Below, piece after piece: positions 53,507 to 62,284 of a stretch of 64,000 bases of DNA. Under the pieces are notes generated by a model. It made no database searches and had not been told where the DNA came from. It was given only the letters and a program-made list of their open reading frames with translations. Source of the stretch: an uncultured Anaerolineales bacterium (GTDB taxonomy: Bacteria; Chloroflexota; Anaerolineae; Anaerolineales; UBA11858); the NCBI GenBank assembly GCA_964622645.1, contig CAZUSV010000005.1, positions 1,122 to 65,121 of the forward strand. The letters run 5' to 3'. Position numbers and translations under genes: made by a program. Numbering within the stretch: position 1 is the first letter of the stretch; each line of letters opens with the position of its first letter.

Positions 53507-56500
53507 TCATTGGCTATAATTCCACCTTCCTTTGGAAAGAATTACAGATTTTACCCCTATCACATCATTGGTAACCTCAGCTAGAAAAGCAAGACGTTGT
53601 TCAGCATCTTCCTGGGTGATGGAAAGCTCAGACAGCGAATCTGCTAACTTCGTGATCATGGGTACACGGGTCCAACGTTTATATACCATATGATCAAATA
53701 TCGTCTTCAGAGCATTTTTCGTTTGCTCATTACTCTTTGGTGTACCTAAGCCCCTGTGAACAATATCCATGAATATTGCATTCCTAATATTGAGTATTTT
53801 GATATAAGGTAACGGCAGGGGAAAACGGTTACGATGTAACACGGACATATAAACCGCGACCAGGAGTTCATCAATTTTTGGGCGCTCCTGCGCGGATTGC
53901 AACAAGTTCGGCAGATCAGAACTCAGTTGTGGATTCATAATAGCCTCGGCAAGAAGATCAACCAACTTATGCCGGTGACCATTGGGGCTAGGAGGAAATT
54001 CTGCCAATTCTTCCAACGAATTCATCACTAGCTTCCGATTTACTTTATTGAGTTGTTTTTCAAGATTATCAATAAATTGAATAGGTTCATTCTCACGAAG
54101 CAAGTTCCATAAATTTCGATATAGATCATTCTGACGTTGTTCTTGTAGCCTGTTGATGTTAGACAATAAGCGATCAATACTGGTATTCTGATGATCCTTT
54201 GCATTTGAAATTAAAGCATCAACCAAGCCTTCAGCTCTCAAATCCGCTCCTAGAAAAATATTAGCCAGTTTGCTAAGATCTTCATCAGTAGAAGCATCGA
54301 TCAATTGTCCCAATGCTAACCAGATTATCAACGTTTGGTTTGGATCTGCAATTTTCTCTTGAAGAGTTATCGAAATATCCTCTAAAGAAGGCACTGTTTT
54401 TGTCGGTGTTTCTAGAATCTGACTCAATTCACCCAAGCTAGTTTCAATACGCCATTCAACATGCTGTTCGAGTTTTGATATTACTACATCTGGGATCGTT
54501 GGATCTATTTCACTCCAAAGAGGAACTAGGTCTTTTAATTCTTGTGATAGGAATTGGTCACTATCAAATTCACGGCGGCCAGCTCTCAGTTCCAAACCCA
54601 GCAAGGCGGATAGGAGTGGCGCGTTGACCTCCTCTGGTTTGCCCAAAAGAACAAGCAGCGAACGTTGAAGCGCTTTTTGTAAACTTCTATCTGTTTTATT
54701 GATTGCATCTCTAAGTGCCCTGACCAGTACTCTAATGAACTCATTTGGGTCATTGAAAATAGCATCTTTTAGGATTGCTTTTTCCTTTGGTCGATCACTC
54801 TTAACCCTTCCCTGAGTTACAAGCAAGATATAAAGAGCAGTTCTTTTCGTTTTTATGCTTGGTGATTTAGACCAGGCTTCAAGGAGCCGAAGCGCTTTCT
54901 CCCGAGTGATCTTCTTCCTTCGAATGGTATCAGACAATAAGCGAATTAACTGTTTGCGCGTCCAGTAATCATCATCTTTGGTCAAAGCTAATAGAAGTTG
55001 GTTTATTTCATCAAATGCAGTGTTCTCACTAATTGCATAAACTGCATTTGCCGCAGCCGAAACTATATAGCTGTCGTAATCTTTCGCCAGGCCTAGCAGG
55101 AATCTATACAGGTTTGGAAACTCTTCTTTGGGTTTTGGTCTTGTTTTTATGATTTCCCCAATCGAATAGGCTGCAACCCACCGACGCTGTTTAGCAGATC
55201 TGTCACTTGACCACCTCCCAAGGATACTTACAATCTGAGGGTAAGCTAAAGGGTCAGCAGAAGCCTGTTTGATGATAAGCGCCACCGTTCTGGCTATGTT
55301 TCCATATTCCAAATCTACCCATTCATCCAAAAGAGCTGAGAAACTTTCCAACCGGTAGCGTCCCAAGGATCCAATTGCACGGAAAATTGGATCGCGAATA
55401 CTGGCTGTCGCTTTCAGCATCTGTTCCCTGGACTCTTTGTCTTTCTCTTTTTTGAGTTCTTCCGGCATAGCCCATTTTTGTAATAAGGGGAGAATTTCAA
55501 TGAAATACTCTTGGTAATAGCGTGCGATCTCACTTTCTACAGCGGATTGGATAGCCGGGTTAGAAAATTTTAGAGGTCCATGCTCTGAAACATAAGGGGC
55601 TACGCGTTGCCTAGCAATACCGATGGGCAAACATGCTAGCCTTTGATCGAATTCACGCAGTGAGCTTACAATTAGCTTATATTTTTCCCAAATATCCTCC
55701 TCAGGTAACTCATTCAAGAGTGTAAACACCAACAAAAAAACCTGTTCTGAGGAATCCAGGTCCGCAAACCAGCGGTGAACTCGGTTTTCAACATCAATTT
55801 CTAAATTTATCGATATAGAAATATCTTCAGGATTATTCGCTTTTGGCAATTCCTGAGATACAAAATTACTTATATCAACGGGTAGCCACTTCTCTTCTAA
55901 AAGTTTTCGAAAACGCTTGCTCTCTTCTAACGGTATACCCGGCGATCTATCATCCGCCCTAACCGATACAGGGTGTTCAGAAAGCTCATATGCCCATCTT
56001 CTTTGCTCATCGCTAATCGTCTCTTTTACACCATGAGCAAACTCAACCAGGTTGAGAAAGAACTGGAATTTATCGTTCAGATCATAAGTGGATTGTGATA
56101 GGGTAAATAATTTTTCCGGATCATACCAATCTTGTTCAGACAAGCGCGTTTCTCGAATGGCCTGTTCAAAAATACTGTCCGGTGAAGTCAAGATCAAAAA
56201 ATTTCCGTTTCTATATATCGTATCAAGGAAATCCAAATCATCATTGAGATTATCACGATCAAACACCGATCTCCCGAGCGCTTCTGGCACAATCAAGATA
56301 GTATTTGAAATCGGTTCCATCTTTCGTGCGGCCTTTCGAGCAACAAAATCCCAAAAATCATTGTGAGGGATTCTTAAGATTCTAGATATACTCTTATTTT
56401 TTCGAAAATAGGCTTGAGCAAGGTGTAGCGCCCAGGTTTTTTTCCCAACACCAGTTTGCCCCAATATCCACAATATCCTCTTTTCATCAAGGACAGCAAG

Positions 56501-57217
56501 GGACTGCTTAAATTCCCCATCAGGAAACACAAATGTTGTATCAAGTGCGATTTCGGATGGGTGTATCTCATAAGGCGCGAATTCTGAGCCAATTCCTAAT
56601 ACTCTCTTTTTTTCGTCTTCTATTGCTTTAAGGTCCTCTTCATCTGGTATTCCAATTGCGTTGCTTTCTCCCATTCGAATGTAGGCAGTCCCTGCATTTT
56701 CTTTACTTTTTCTTTTTGTTTTTTTCCACTCTTGAAAGTTTCTTACTTCTGGACAATAGAGTGTTTGGCTTAGTCTGTATATATAAGGCGTTGGTGGTAT
56801 TTCGATTACCGTGATTGTTTTATTATCAAGCTCGATCCTATTCAAACCAATATCACGTATTGGAGGAGTAAGTCTTTTCTCAATCATTTCCAATAAACTT
56901 TTCTCGGTGATTTCATCAAGATAACTTGTATCAAAAAGCTCTCGTGTTCCATCAGATGAAGGTTCATCAGCAACACCGATAATCAGATATGCAGTTTGAT
57001 CAACAGTCCAATATGAGCCGTTAGCTAGAGCCATAAGATCTATGGCTAGCTCATTCCATTTAACCTCCCTGTATTGCCTCCATTCATTTTTATCTGCTTC
57101 AGATGGAGGCGTCTTTTGAAGATTATATTCTCTTTTAAAATCTAGCTTGGGCCCCTCATCTAATTGAATTATCTCTCGTAATTCATCAGGCGTCATATCA
57201 GCCACCATCTCCATCAC
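53507..57217 (-). CDS. Schlafen/AlbA_2, degenerate STAND-like P-loop and HEAT/ARM repeat protein
   Basis: EGPKLDFKRE...LMALAN...YLIIGVAD...VIEIP...YIR is the AlbA_2 signature. Walker A variant ILGQTGVGKKT. Long helical repeat C-terminus. Confidence 0.85.
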   Translation of the reverse strand: MMEMVADMTPDELREIIQLDEGPKLDFKREYNLQKTPPSEADKNEWRQYREVKWNELAIDLMALANGSYWTVDQTAYLIIGVADEPSSDGTRELFDTSYLDEITEKSLLEMIEKRLTPPIRDIGLNRIELDNKTITVIEIPPTPYIYRLSQTLYCPEVRNFQEWKKTKRKSKENAGTAYIRMGESNAIGIPDEEDLKAIEDEKKRVLGIGSEFAPYEIHPSEIALDTTFVFPDGEFKQSLAVLDEKRILWILGQTGVGKKTWALHLAQAYFRKNKSISRILRIPHNDFWDFVARKAARKMEPISNTILIVPEALGRSVFDRDNLNDDLDFLDTIYRNGNFLILTSPDSIFEQAIRETRLSEQDWYDPEKLFTLSQSTYDLNDKFQFFLNLVEFAHGVKETISDEQRRWAYELSEHPVSVRADDRSPGIPLEESKRFRKLLEEKWLPVDISNFVSQELPKANNPEDISISINLEIDVENRVHRWFADLDSSEQVFLLVFTLLNELPEEDIWEKYKLIVSSLREFDQRLACLPIGIARQRVAPYVSEHGPLKFSNPAIQSAVESEIARYYQEYFIEILPLLQKWAMPEELKKEKDKESREQMLKATASIRDPIFRAIGSLGRYRLESFSALLDEWVDLEYGNIARTVALIIKQASADPLAYPQIVSILGRWSSDRSAKQRRWVAAYSIGEIIKTRPKPKEEFPNLYRFLLGLAKDYDSYIVSAAANAVYAISENTAFDEINQLLLALTKDDDYWTRKQLIRLLSDTIRRKKITREKALRLLEAWSKSPSIKTKRTALYILLVTQGRVKSDRPKEKAILKDAIFNDPNEFIRVLVRALRDAINKTDRSLQKALQRSLLVLLGKPEEVNAPLLSALLGLELRAGRREFDSDQFLSQELKDLVPLWSEIDPTIPDVVISKLEQHVEWRIETSLGELSQILETPTKTVPSLEDISITLQEKIADPNQTLIIWLALGQLIDASTDEDLSKLANIFLGADLRAEGLVDALISNAKDHQNTSIDRLLSNINRLQEQRQNDLYRNLWNLLRENEPIQFIDNLEKQLNKVNRKLVMNSLEELAEFPPSPNGHRHKLVDLLAEAIMNPQLSSDLPNLLQSAQERPKIDELLVAVYMSVLHRNRFPLPLPYIKILNIRNAIFMDIVHRGLGTPKSNEQTKNALKTIFDHMVYKRWTRVPMITKLADSLSELSITQEDAEQRLAFLAEVTNDVIGVKSVILSKGRWNYSQ

Positions 57218-57356
57218 TCACTTAACGTGACCTATTGGTGTTCTCACCCTCAAACTTGGTAAGTACAATATAGAACATGCACAATTCTATTGCCATTGTG
57301 AACCATTATCGATACTGTTTTACTTTCATCTCTTTCTCCCCTATCTCTCAGTACTA

Positions 57357-58616
57357 CTAATCTGTCAACCTGACCGTCTTGCGGCTGGTCAATTTTATGG
57401 TTTTCTTACCCTCACTGGAAATCTCGCCGGATTGCTCTAGATGATCGGCTTCCTGCTGCATCTGGTTGGCTAATTCTTCCTCGCCCTGGGAGAGTAAAAT
57501 CGTCACCGCTTGGCGCAGTTTACGGGTTGCCGAGCCGACCTGACCGATTTCGGCTTCGCTCAAGGCCTGAGTCTGCAACTTAAAGGCCTGCACCCGCTCT
57601 ACGATGTTCATCACCCGCCCGTTCATCTGGTTGAACTGCATGGGATCGGGTGTGAAATTGACCACCAAATCCACTGCTTCACGTGCCTGGCCCTGGTTAG
57701 GGATGTTATAGGCCACATCAGTTTGGGCAATCCGCACCGACCCGGCAGCACGCGGCGGCAGCATAACCTCCACAAGATAGGAAGCCCCGTTTTGTTCCAA
57801 TTCCCCCACCGGTATGACAATGGCACGACCCTGGATGGCTCGTATACCTATATCACTGATCATCGGGGTTACCTGCCACACCCGCCGGGCTTCCAATCCC
57901 TGCACCATGCGAATATTTACAGTAACATCCTGAGCAACGACTTGCATACGATCATATACCTCTTGGAATATACCGACGGCATCATCCGGATGTTTGATGT
58001 GATCGGCATAACCAGTTCCCGTCCCTTCCGCCAGGATGCTGCGATCAGCCAAATCCATCACAAAATCTTCATTCCAATCGTCACCAAAACCCAAACCAAT
58101 GATCTGAACACCCATCGCTCCGGCATTATCAGCTTCGCGGCGAGAATCATCTTCTTTATCAGTGGCCTCTCCATCGGTGAGCAATACAATGCGGCTAACC
58201 CGGTCATGAGCCATCCACTGTTGCACCTGACGGGTTCCTTCCCTCAACCCCGGGGCCATATTGGTACCGCCGCCATCGTCTATGCGATCAACCTGACGCT
58301 TCAAATCGTTCTTGTCTGTGGCTGGTTGCGCCGGGACAAGAACCTTGGTCTTTGTCTCAAAGGTGACGATAGAGATGACGTCCGCCGGATCGAGCTGGTC
58401 GATGATACGCTTAACGGCAGCTTTCAAATTACGTAACTTTTCTCCTGCCATCGAACCGCTGCGATCCAGCACCAGGGTCAGGTTCAAGGCCATGCGCACA
58501 TTGGACATTCCCGGTCCTGGGAATAACTCGGTAAGCACATAGATCAGTTGCGGGGTTTGCAGCACGGGTACGGCGTTACGGTTACATAAACTGGTCAACT
58601 GAATTACATCAGACAT
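57357..58616 (-). CDS. Cytoplasmic vWA domain protein (YfbK-like)
   Basis: LVLDRSGSM, GGGTNM, LLTDG and GLGFGDDWNE. GGAGG RBS. No signal peptide. Confidence 0.93.
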   Translation of the reverse strand: MSDVIQLTSLCNRNAVPVLQTPQLIYVLTELFPGPGMSNVRMALNLTLVLDRSGSMAGEKLRNLKAAVKRIIDQLDPADVISIVTFETKTKVLVPAQPATDKNDLKRQVDRIDDGGGTNMAPGLREGTRQVQQWMAHDRVSRIVLLTDGEATDKEDDSRREADNAGAMGVQIIGLGFGDDWNEDFVMDLADRSILAEGTGTGYADHIKHPDDAVGIFQEVYDRMQVVAQDVTVNIRMVQGLEARRVWQVTPMISDIGIRAIQGRAIVIPVGELEQNGASYLVEVMLPPRAAGSVRIAQTDVAYNIPNQGQAREAVDLVVNFTPDPMQFNQMNGRVMNIVERVQAFKLQTQALSEAEIGQVGSATRKLRQAVTILLSQGEEELANQMQQEADHLEQSGEISSEGKKTIKLTSRKTVRLTD

Positions 58617-58655
58617 GATTACCTCCTAGATTTTGGGTAAGAGACTGAAATGATT

Positions 58656-60545
58656 TTACTCTATCGAAACTACAATCACACTGATATTATCTTCACCCCC
58701 AGCCTGATTAGCAGCATCGATCAGGTGGTCACAGGCAACCTGGGGCGAGGATGATCCTTGGATAATTTGAGCTATGGTTTCATCCAGAACCATTTCCCAC
58801 AGACCATCTGAACACAATAACAACTTATCACCGGGAACCAAAGATCTCTGGAAAACATCCACTTCAATCTCAGGCTTATCCCCTAAGGTGCGGTAAATCT
58901 GATTGCGCTGTGGGTGAGAGCGCACTTCCTCGGGTTTGATCATACCGGCGGCTACCAGACTGGCAACCAAAGAGTGATCGGTGGTGATCTGCTCCAGTTT
59001 GCCGTTGCGCATCAAATACGTACGGCTATCTCCAACATTGGCAGCAATGCATGTATCGCCTACAACTAAGGCAGCGGTGATGGTAGTGCCGCGGTCGCTG
59101 GCGACCTTGCTACGCGCTTCAAGCAATACCTGATTAGCCTGCTCGATGGCTACCTGTAATATTTCGCCTGGGGTTAGCATTTCATCTAATTTGATGGTGG
59201 CACGCTTCAATCTGGGTACAGATTGAAGTTTGTCCATCTGGGTTTGGATATGGCTAATCACATCTTTGATCACCATCTCGCTGGCTTTCTCCCCGGCCTG
59301 GTGCCCGCCCATGCCATCGGCCACAATATACAAACCGACTTCCGGAGCGCCCGGAATCTGCTCCAGACCCAACGAATACTTGCTAACGAAATCTTCGTTA
59401 TGATCGCGCTGACGCCCAACATCGGTGCCATAGCCGACCAGTTGTCGCAAGCTTCGAGACAACTCAGGAGTTTTGGGCATTTCATTTAGATCATGCAAAA
59501 ATTCATCTATCGTTGCATATCTTCCTCCACGCGCCTGGCTAATAATGTTGGAAATAAAAACAGGCACACCAAGGAGCGGGCCACTGATGCGCAGCACATT
59601 TTGAGGATCACCGGTGATTAGCGTATACAGCACCTTGGTCAGGTAAAATATATCTTTTTGTGCTGGGTTGGGAGTGTTAGTGGAAATTCTAGTGCAGGAA
59701 GTCAGATCAGCCAGATATGCCTGTTGGTTGTTGATGACCAGGACCGGCTCTATCCAATCCGTCAGATGGTTTTCATCATAAAAAGCATATCCCTGGGCGT
59801 GAATTTGCTTCAGAGCGGAGCCGATTTGCGAGACCCATTGAATCACCAGGTTCACATCAGTTTCAGGTATTCGTTCAGCCAAACTTTCCCAGGCATCTGA
59901 AAGACCACTCAAAACAACATATTGTTTTGGTTCCTGGCTAAAGACTTTATCATGATGCAGTGCACCTGAAATATTTTGACTCAATTCAATGATACTCTCT
60001 CGGTAGGTTTCTTCAAGAATTTTTCCTGGCGCCGATTCTCGCAAGATATATTCTTCTAAAGGTTTATTACACTTAGGGCACACATCGCTTGTAAGTGTTT
60101 CCATTCCACATTCGCAGCGGACAAAGCGAACCGTGTAATAATTCGAGCGCATTAACTCCCGAACTTCCAATATACGGTAATAACCAACACGATCATTTAC
60201 TCGCTTTGGGGTGATTGCGTAAGAAATTCGCTCGGCTGTAGTTATCGGAGTAGTTTCCTGAGTACCCCCACGGCTTATTCCATGTGACCTTTCGGACATA
60301 CTCTTCACAGCATCGGCTAGAGTTTCGTCTAGGCCTTCCATCATTTGCGCGCTCACCTTGCCCGCTTGTTTACCAATCGACAGAACCCTAGCGAAGAATT
60401 TGCGCTTTCCTCTTTTGTCTGCAGAACTGGCAGATCTGTCTGGCACACCTTTTTCAACAGGAAAAGGAGAACCACATTCTTTACAAAACCTTGCTTCTGG
60501 CCGGTTTAGATGACCACACTTTGGGCATTGATGGTTGGATACCAT
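58656..60545 (-). CDS. Zinc ribbon, degenerate kinase-fold and PP2C (Stp1/PrpC-type) phosphatase fusion
   Basis: PP2C motifs TDVGRQRDHNED, VADGMGGH, GTT, NVGDSR, DHS, LCSDGL and GGEDN. The kinase-like middle lacks HRD and DFG (IHAQGYAF...LADLT). Confidence 0.92.
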   Translation of the reverse strand: MVSNHQCPKCGHLNRPEARFCKECGSPFPVEKGVPDRSASSADKRGKRKFFARVLSIGKQAGKVSAQMMEGLDETLADAVKSMSERSHGISRGGTQETTPITTAERISYAITPKRVNDRVGYYRILEVRELMRSNYYTVRFVRCECGMETLTSDVCPKCNKPLEEYILRESAPGKILEETYRESIIELSQNISGALHHDKVFSQEPKQYVVLSGLSDAWESLAERIPETDVNLVIQWVSQIGSALKQIHAQGYAFYDENHLTDWIEPVLVINNQQAYLADLTSCTRISTNTPNPAQKDIFYLTKVLYTLITGDPQNVLRISGPLLGVPVFISNIISQARGGRYATIDEFLHDLNEMPKTPELSRSLRQLVGYGTDVGRQRDHNEDFVSKYSLGLEQIPGAPEVGLYIVADGMGGHQAGEKASEMVIKDVISHIQTQMDKLQSVPRLKRATIKLDEMLTPGEILQVAIEQANQVLLEARSKVASDRGTTITAALVVGDTCIAANVGDSRTYLMRNGKLEQITTDHSLVASLVAAGMIKPEEVRSHPQRNQIYRTLGDKPEIEVDVFQRSLVPGDKLLLCSDGLWEMVLDETIAQIIQGSSSPQVACDHLIDAANQAGGEDNISVIVVSIE

Positions 60546-60557
60546 GATCTGCCTCCA

Positions 60558-62276
60558 CTACAAATTACTCAAAATGAATAGGATTGGGCTAAACACCAGC
60601 CCTAACTCTAAAATCAACAATACATTTACCACTCCCCACCCCAATTTCACCCTCCAAGTTGGGGGGCATATATCAATTTCAGCATCGATTTCCTGAACTG
60701 GCGCGCCCACTGGGACTATACGTACCTTACCAATGTGTTTCTTCGAGCCAGGAACAAGAGCCTGAGTATGCATCAACACCCACATCTGCAAAAATGCAGG
60801 CAAACGATCATACCAATCAACATCTCCAGGGGGCGACCAGAGTCCATACGACAATCCTTGTGTATTTACAATAACCTCTACCTCTCGCTCTTGAGGGGAA
60901 AAGCGGTCAGGTTCAGCAGCCAACCACGAGGTCGAAGTAATCACCTGTCCCGACAAATTGGATGATACATAAACCTGGAATCTCAAAGGCCGGGGAACCG
61001 ATCCAACTTTCACCGATCCAAACTGCAATCGTTTTGTGGAAAGGGATAAGGCAGATGGGCTGGGAGAAGGAGATTTCCGGGGTTGGGAAATTGATCTGGA
61101 GGACAATGGAACTGGCGGTCGGACAGGCGGATGGCTGATTGGAAACGAAGCAGGTGCCGGTTCTTCAGGCCATTCAATCTGACTATTAGCACCAAATATA
61201 GCTTTCAACATCGCCTCAGCGGATGCCGGACGCTTATCGATTTGCATTTCCACCGCAGCATGAATCGCCTGAGCAACATCCCTGGAAACCTGCGGATTGA
61301 TCGAATGAATCGACTCGAAATCAAATGGAGTCAGCGTGGGATCGTGATTCGTGAAAAGTTGGTGTAATAAAGCCCCTAAGGCATAAATATCTGCTTCAGG
61401 ACCGGATTGCATACTGCTGGCAGATTCTGGCGCTGCATAACCTGGAGTGCCGAAACGCACCGTATCCCCTCCCTGCTTTTTAGGCTTGAAAAAACGGGCT
61501 ATGCCGAAATCGAAGAGTTTGATCTTTTCCCTAATAGATACTAACATGATATTGCTAGGTTTTAAATCACGGTAGATTATAGGAGGTTTCTGTGTATGCA
61601 AATAAGCCAGCACATTACAAAGTTGGCGCGCCCAAGCCAATACCTGCTTTGTCGGCAAAAAAGTATCTACCGGGAGATTATCAAGTGTCTGTTCCATTGT
61701 CTGCCCCTCGATGAATTCCATGACAAAGTAGTGTCGGCCTCTCTCCTCGAAATAATTATAAGCTTTCACTAAATTGGGATGGTGCAACGTGCTCAAAAGC
61801 TGAAATTCGCGCTGGAAACTTTCGATAATCTCGTCCCGCAGTTCGGATTCCTGTTGTTGCAGGAGTTGCAAACTCATCTCTTTAAGAGCCAGTTTCACTC
61901 CAGGATTTACATTCTCTTCAGCTTCATAAACTGCAGCCATTCCCCCTTGAGCAACCTTGCGGATAATGGTATAGCGTTCCCCAATAAGATTTCCCGGTGG
62001 AATTTTGCCGGTGCCGTAAGGATGTCGGGCTGGTCTACTACTAAACAAAGTACCACAATGGACACAATGACGAGCGCTGCTTCGATTCACACGCATACAC
62101 AAAGGACAGCGTAATTCCACATAGTGTTTTCCACAATGGCGGCAGAATTTTGATCCAGTGCGGATAAGGCGTTTACAATTCGGGCAAATCGTTTTCTGTT
62201 GCGCAGTTGCCCATCCGCAATGGACACAGTATCTTGAAGATGTGGTAAGAGATCGTCCACAACGAGTACAAAACAT
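60558..62276 (-). CDS. Ser/Thr kinase with three N-terminal zinc ribbons, Ig/BACON-like domain and C-terminal TM
   Basis: Three CxxC...CxxCG motifs, AQGGMA, ALKEM, YRDLKPSN, DFGIAR and GTPGYAAPE. Confidence 0.94.
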   Translation of the reverse strand: MFCTRCGRSLTTSSRYCVHCGWATAQQKTICPNCKRLIRTGSKFCRHCGKHYVELRCPLCMRVNRSSARHCVHCGTLFSSRPARHPYGTGKIPPGNLIGERYTIIRKVAQGGMAAVYEAEENVNPGVKLALKEMSLQLLQQQESELRDEIIESFQREFQLLSTLHHPNLVKAYNYFEERGRHYFVMEFIEGQTMEQTLDNLPVDTFLPTKQVLAWARQLCNVLAYLHTQKPPIIYRDLKPSNIMLVSIREKIKLFDFGIARFFKPKKQGGDTVRFGTPGYAAPESASSMQSGPEADIYALGALLHQLFTNHDPTLTPFDFESIHSINPQVSRDVAQAIHAAVEMQIDKRPASAEAMLKAIFGANSQIEWPEEPAPASFPISHPPVRPPVPLSSRSISQPRKSPSPSPSALSLSTKRLQFGSVKVGSVPRPLRFQVYVSSNLSGQVITSTSWLAAEPDRFSPQEREVEVIVNTQGLSYGLWSPPGDVDWYDRLPAFLQMWVLMHTQALVPGSKKHIGKVRIVPVGAPVQEIDAEIDICPPTWRVKLGWGVVNVLLILELGLVFSPILFILSNL

Positions 62277-62284
62277 TTGACGAA

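Noticed and set aside
57510-58436. 308 aa plus-strand ORF, and other long plus-strand ORFs such as 14139..14906, 35175..35810 and 4916..5488
   Set aside because: They lie antisense to well-supported minus-strand genes and have no recognisable motifs, so they are treated as shadow ORFs.
44055-58616. MoxR-vWA ternary conflict system (VMAP/iSTAND type)
   Set aside because: There is no MoxR AAA+ ATPase in the window and four of the five vWA proteins look extracellular. A MoxR gene outside the window cannot be excluded.
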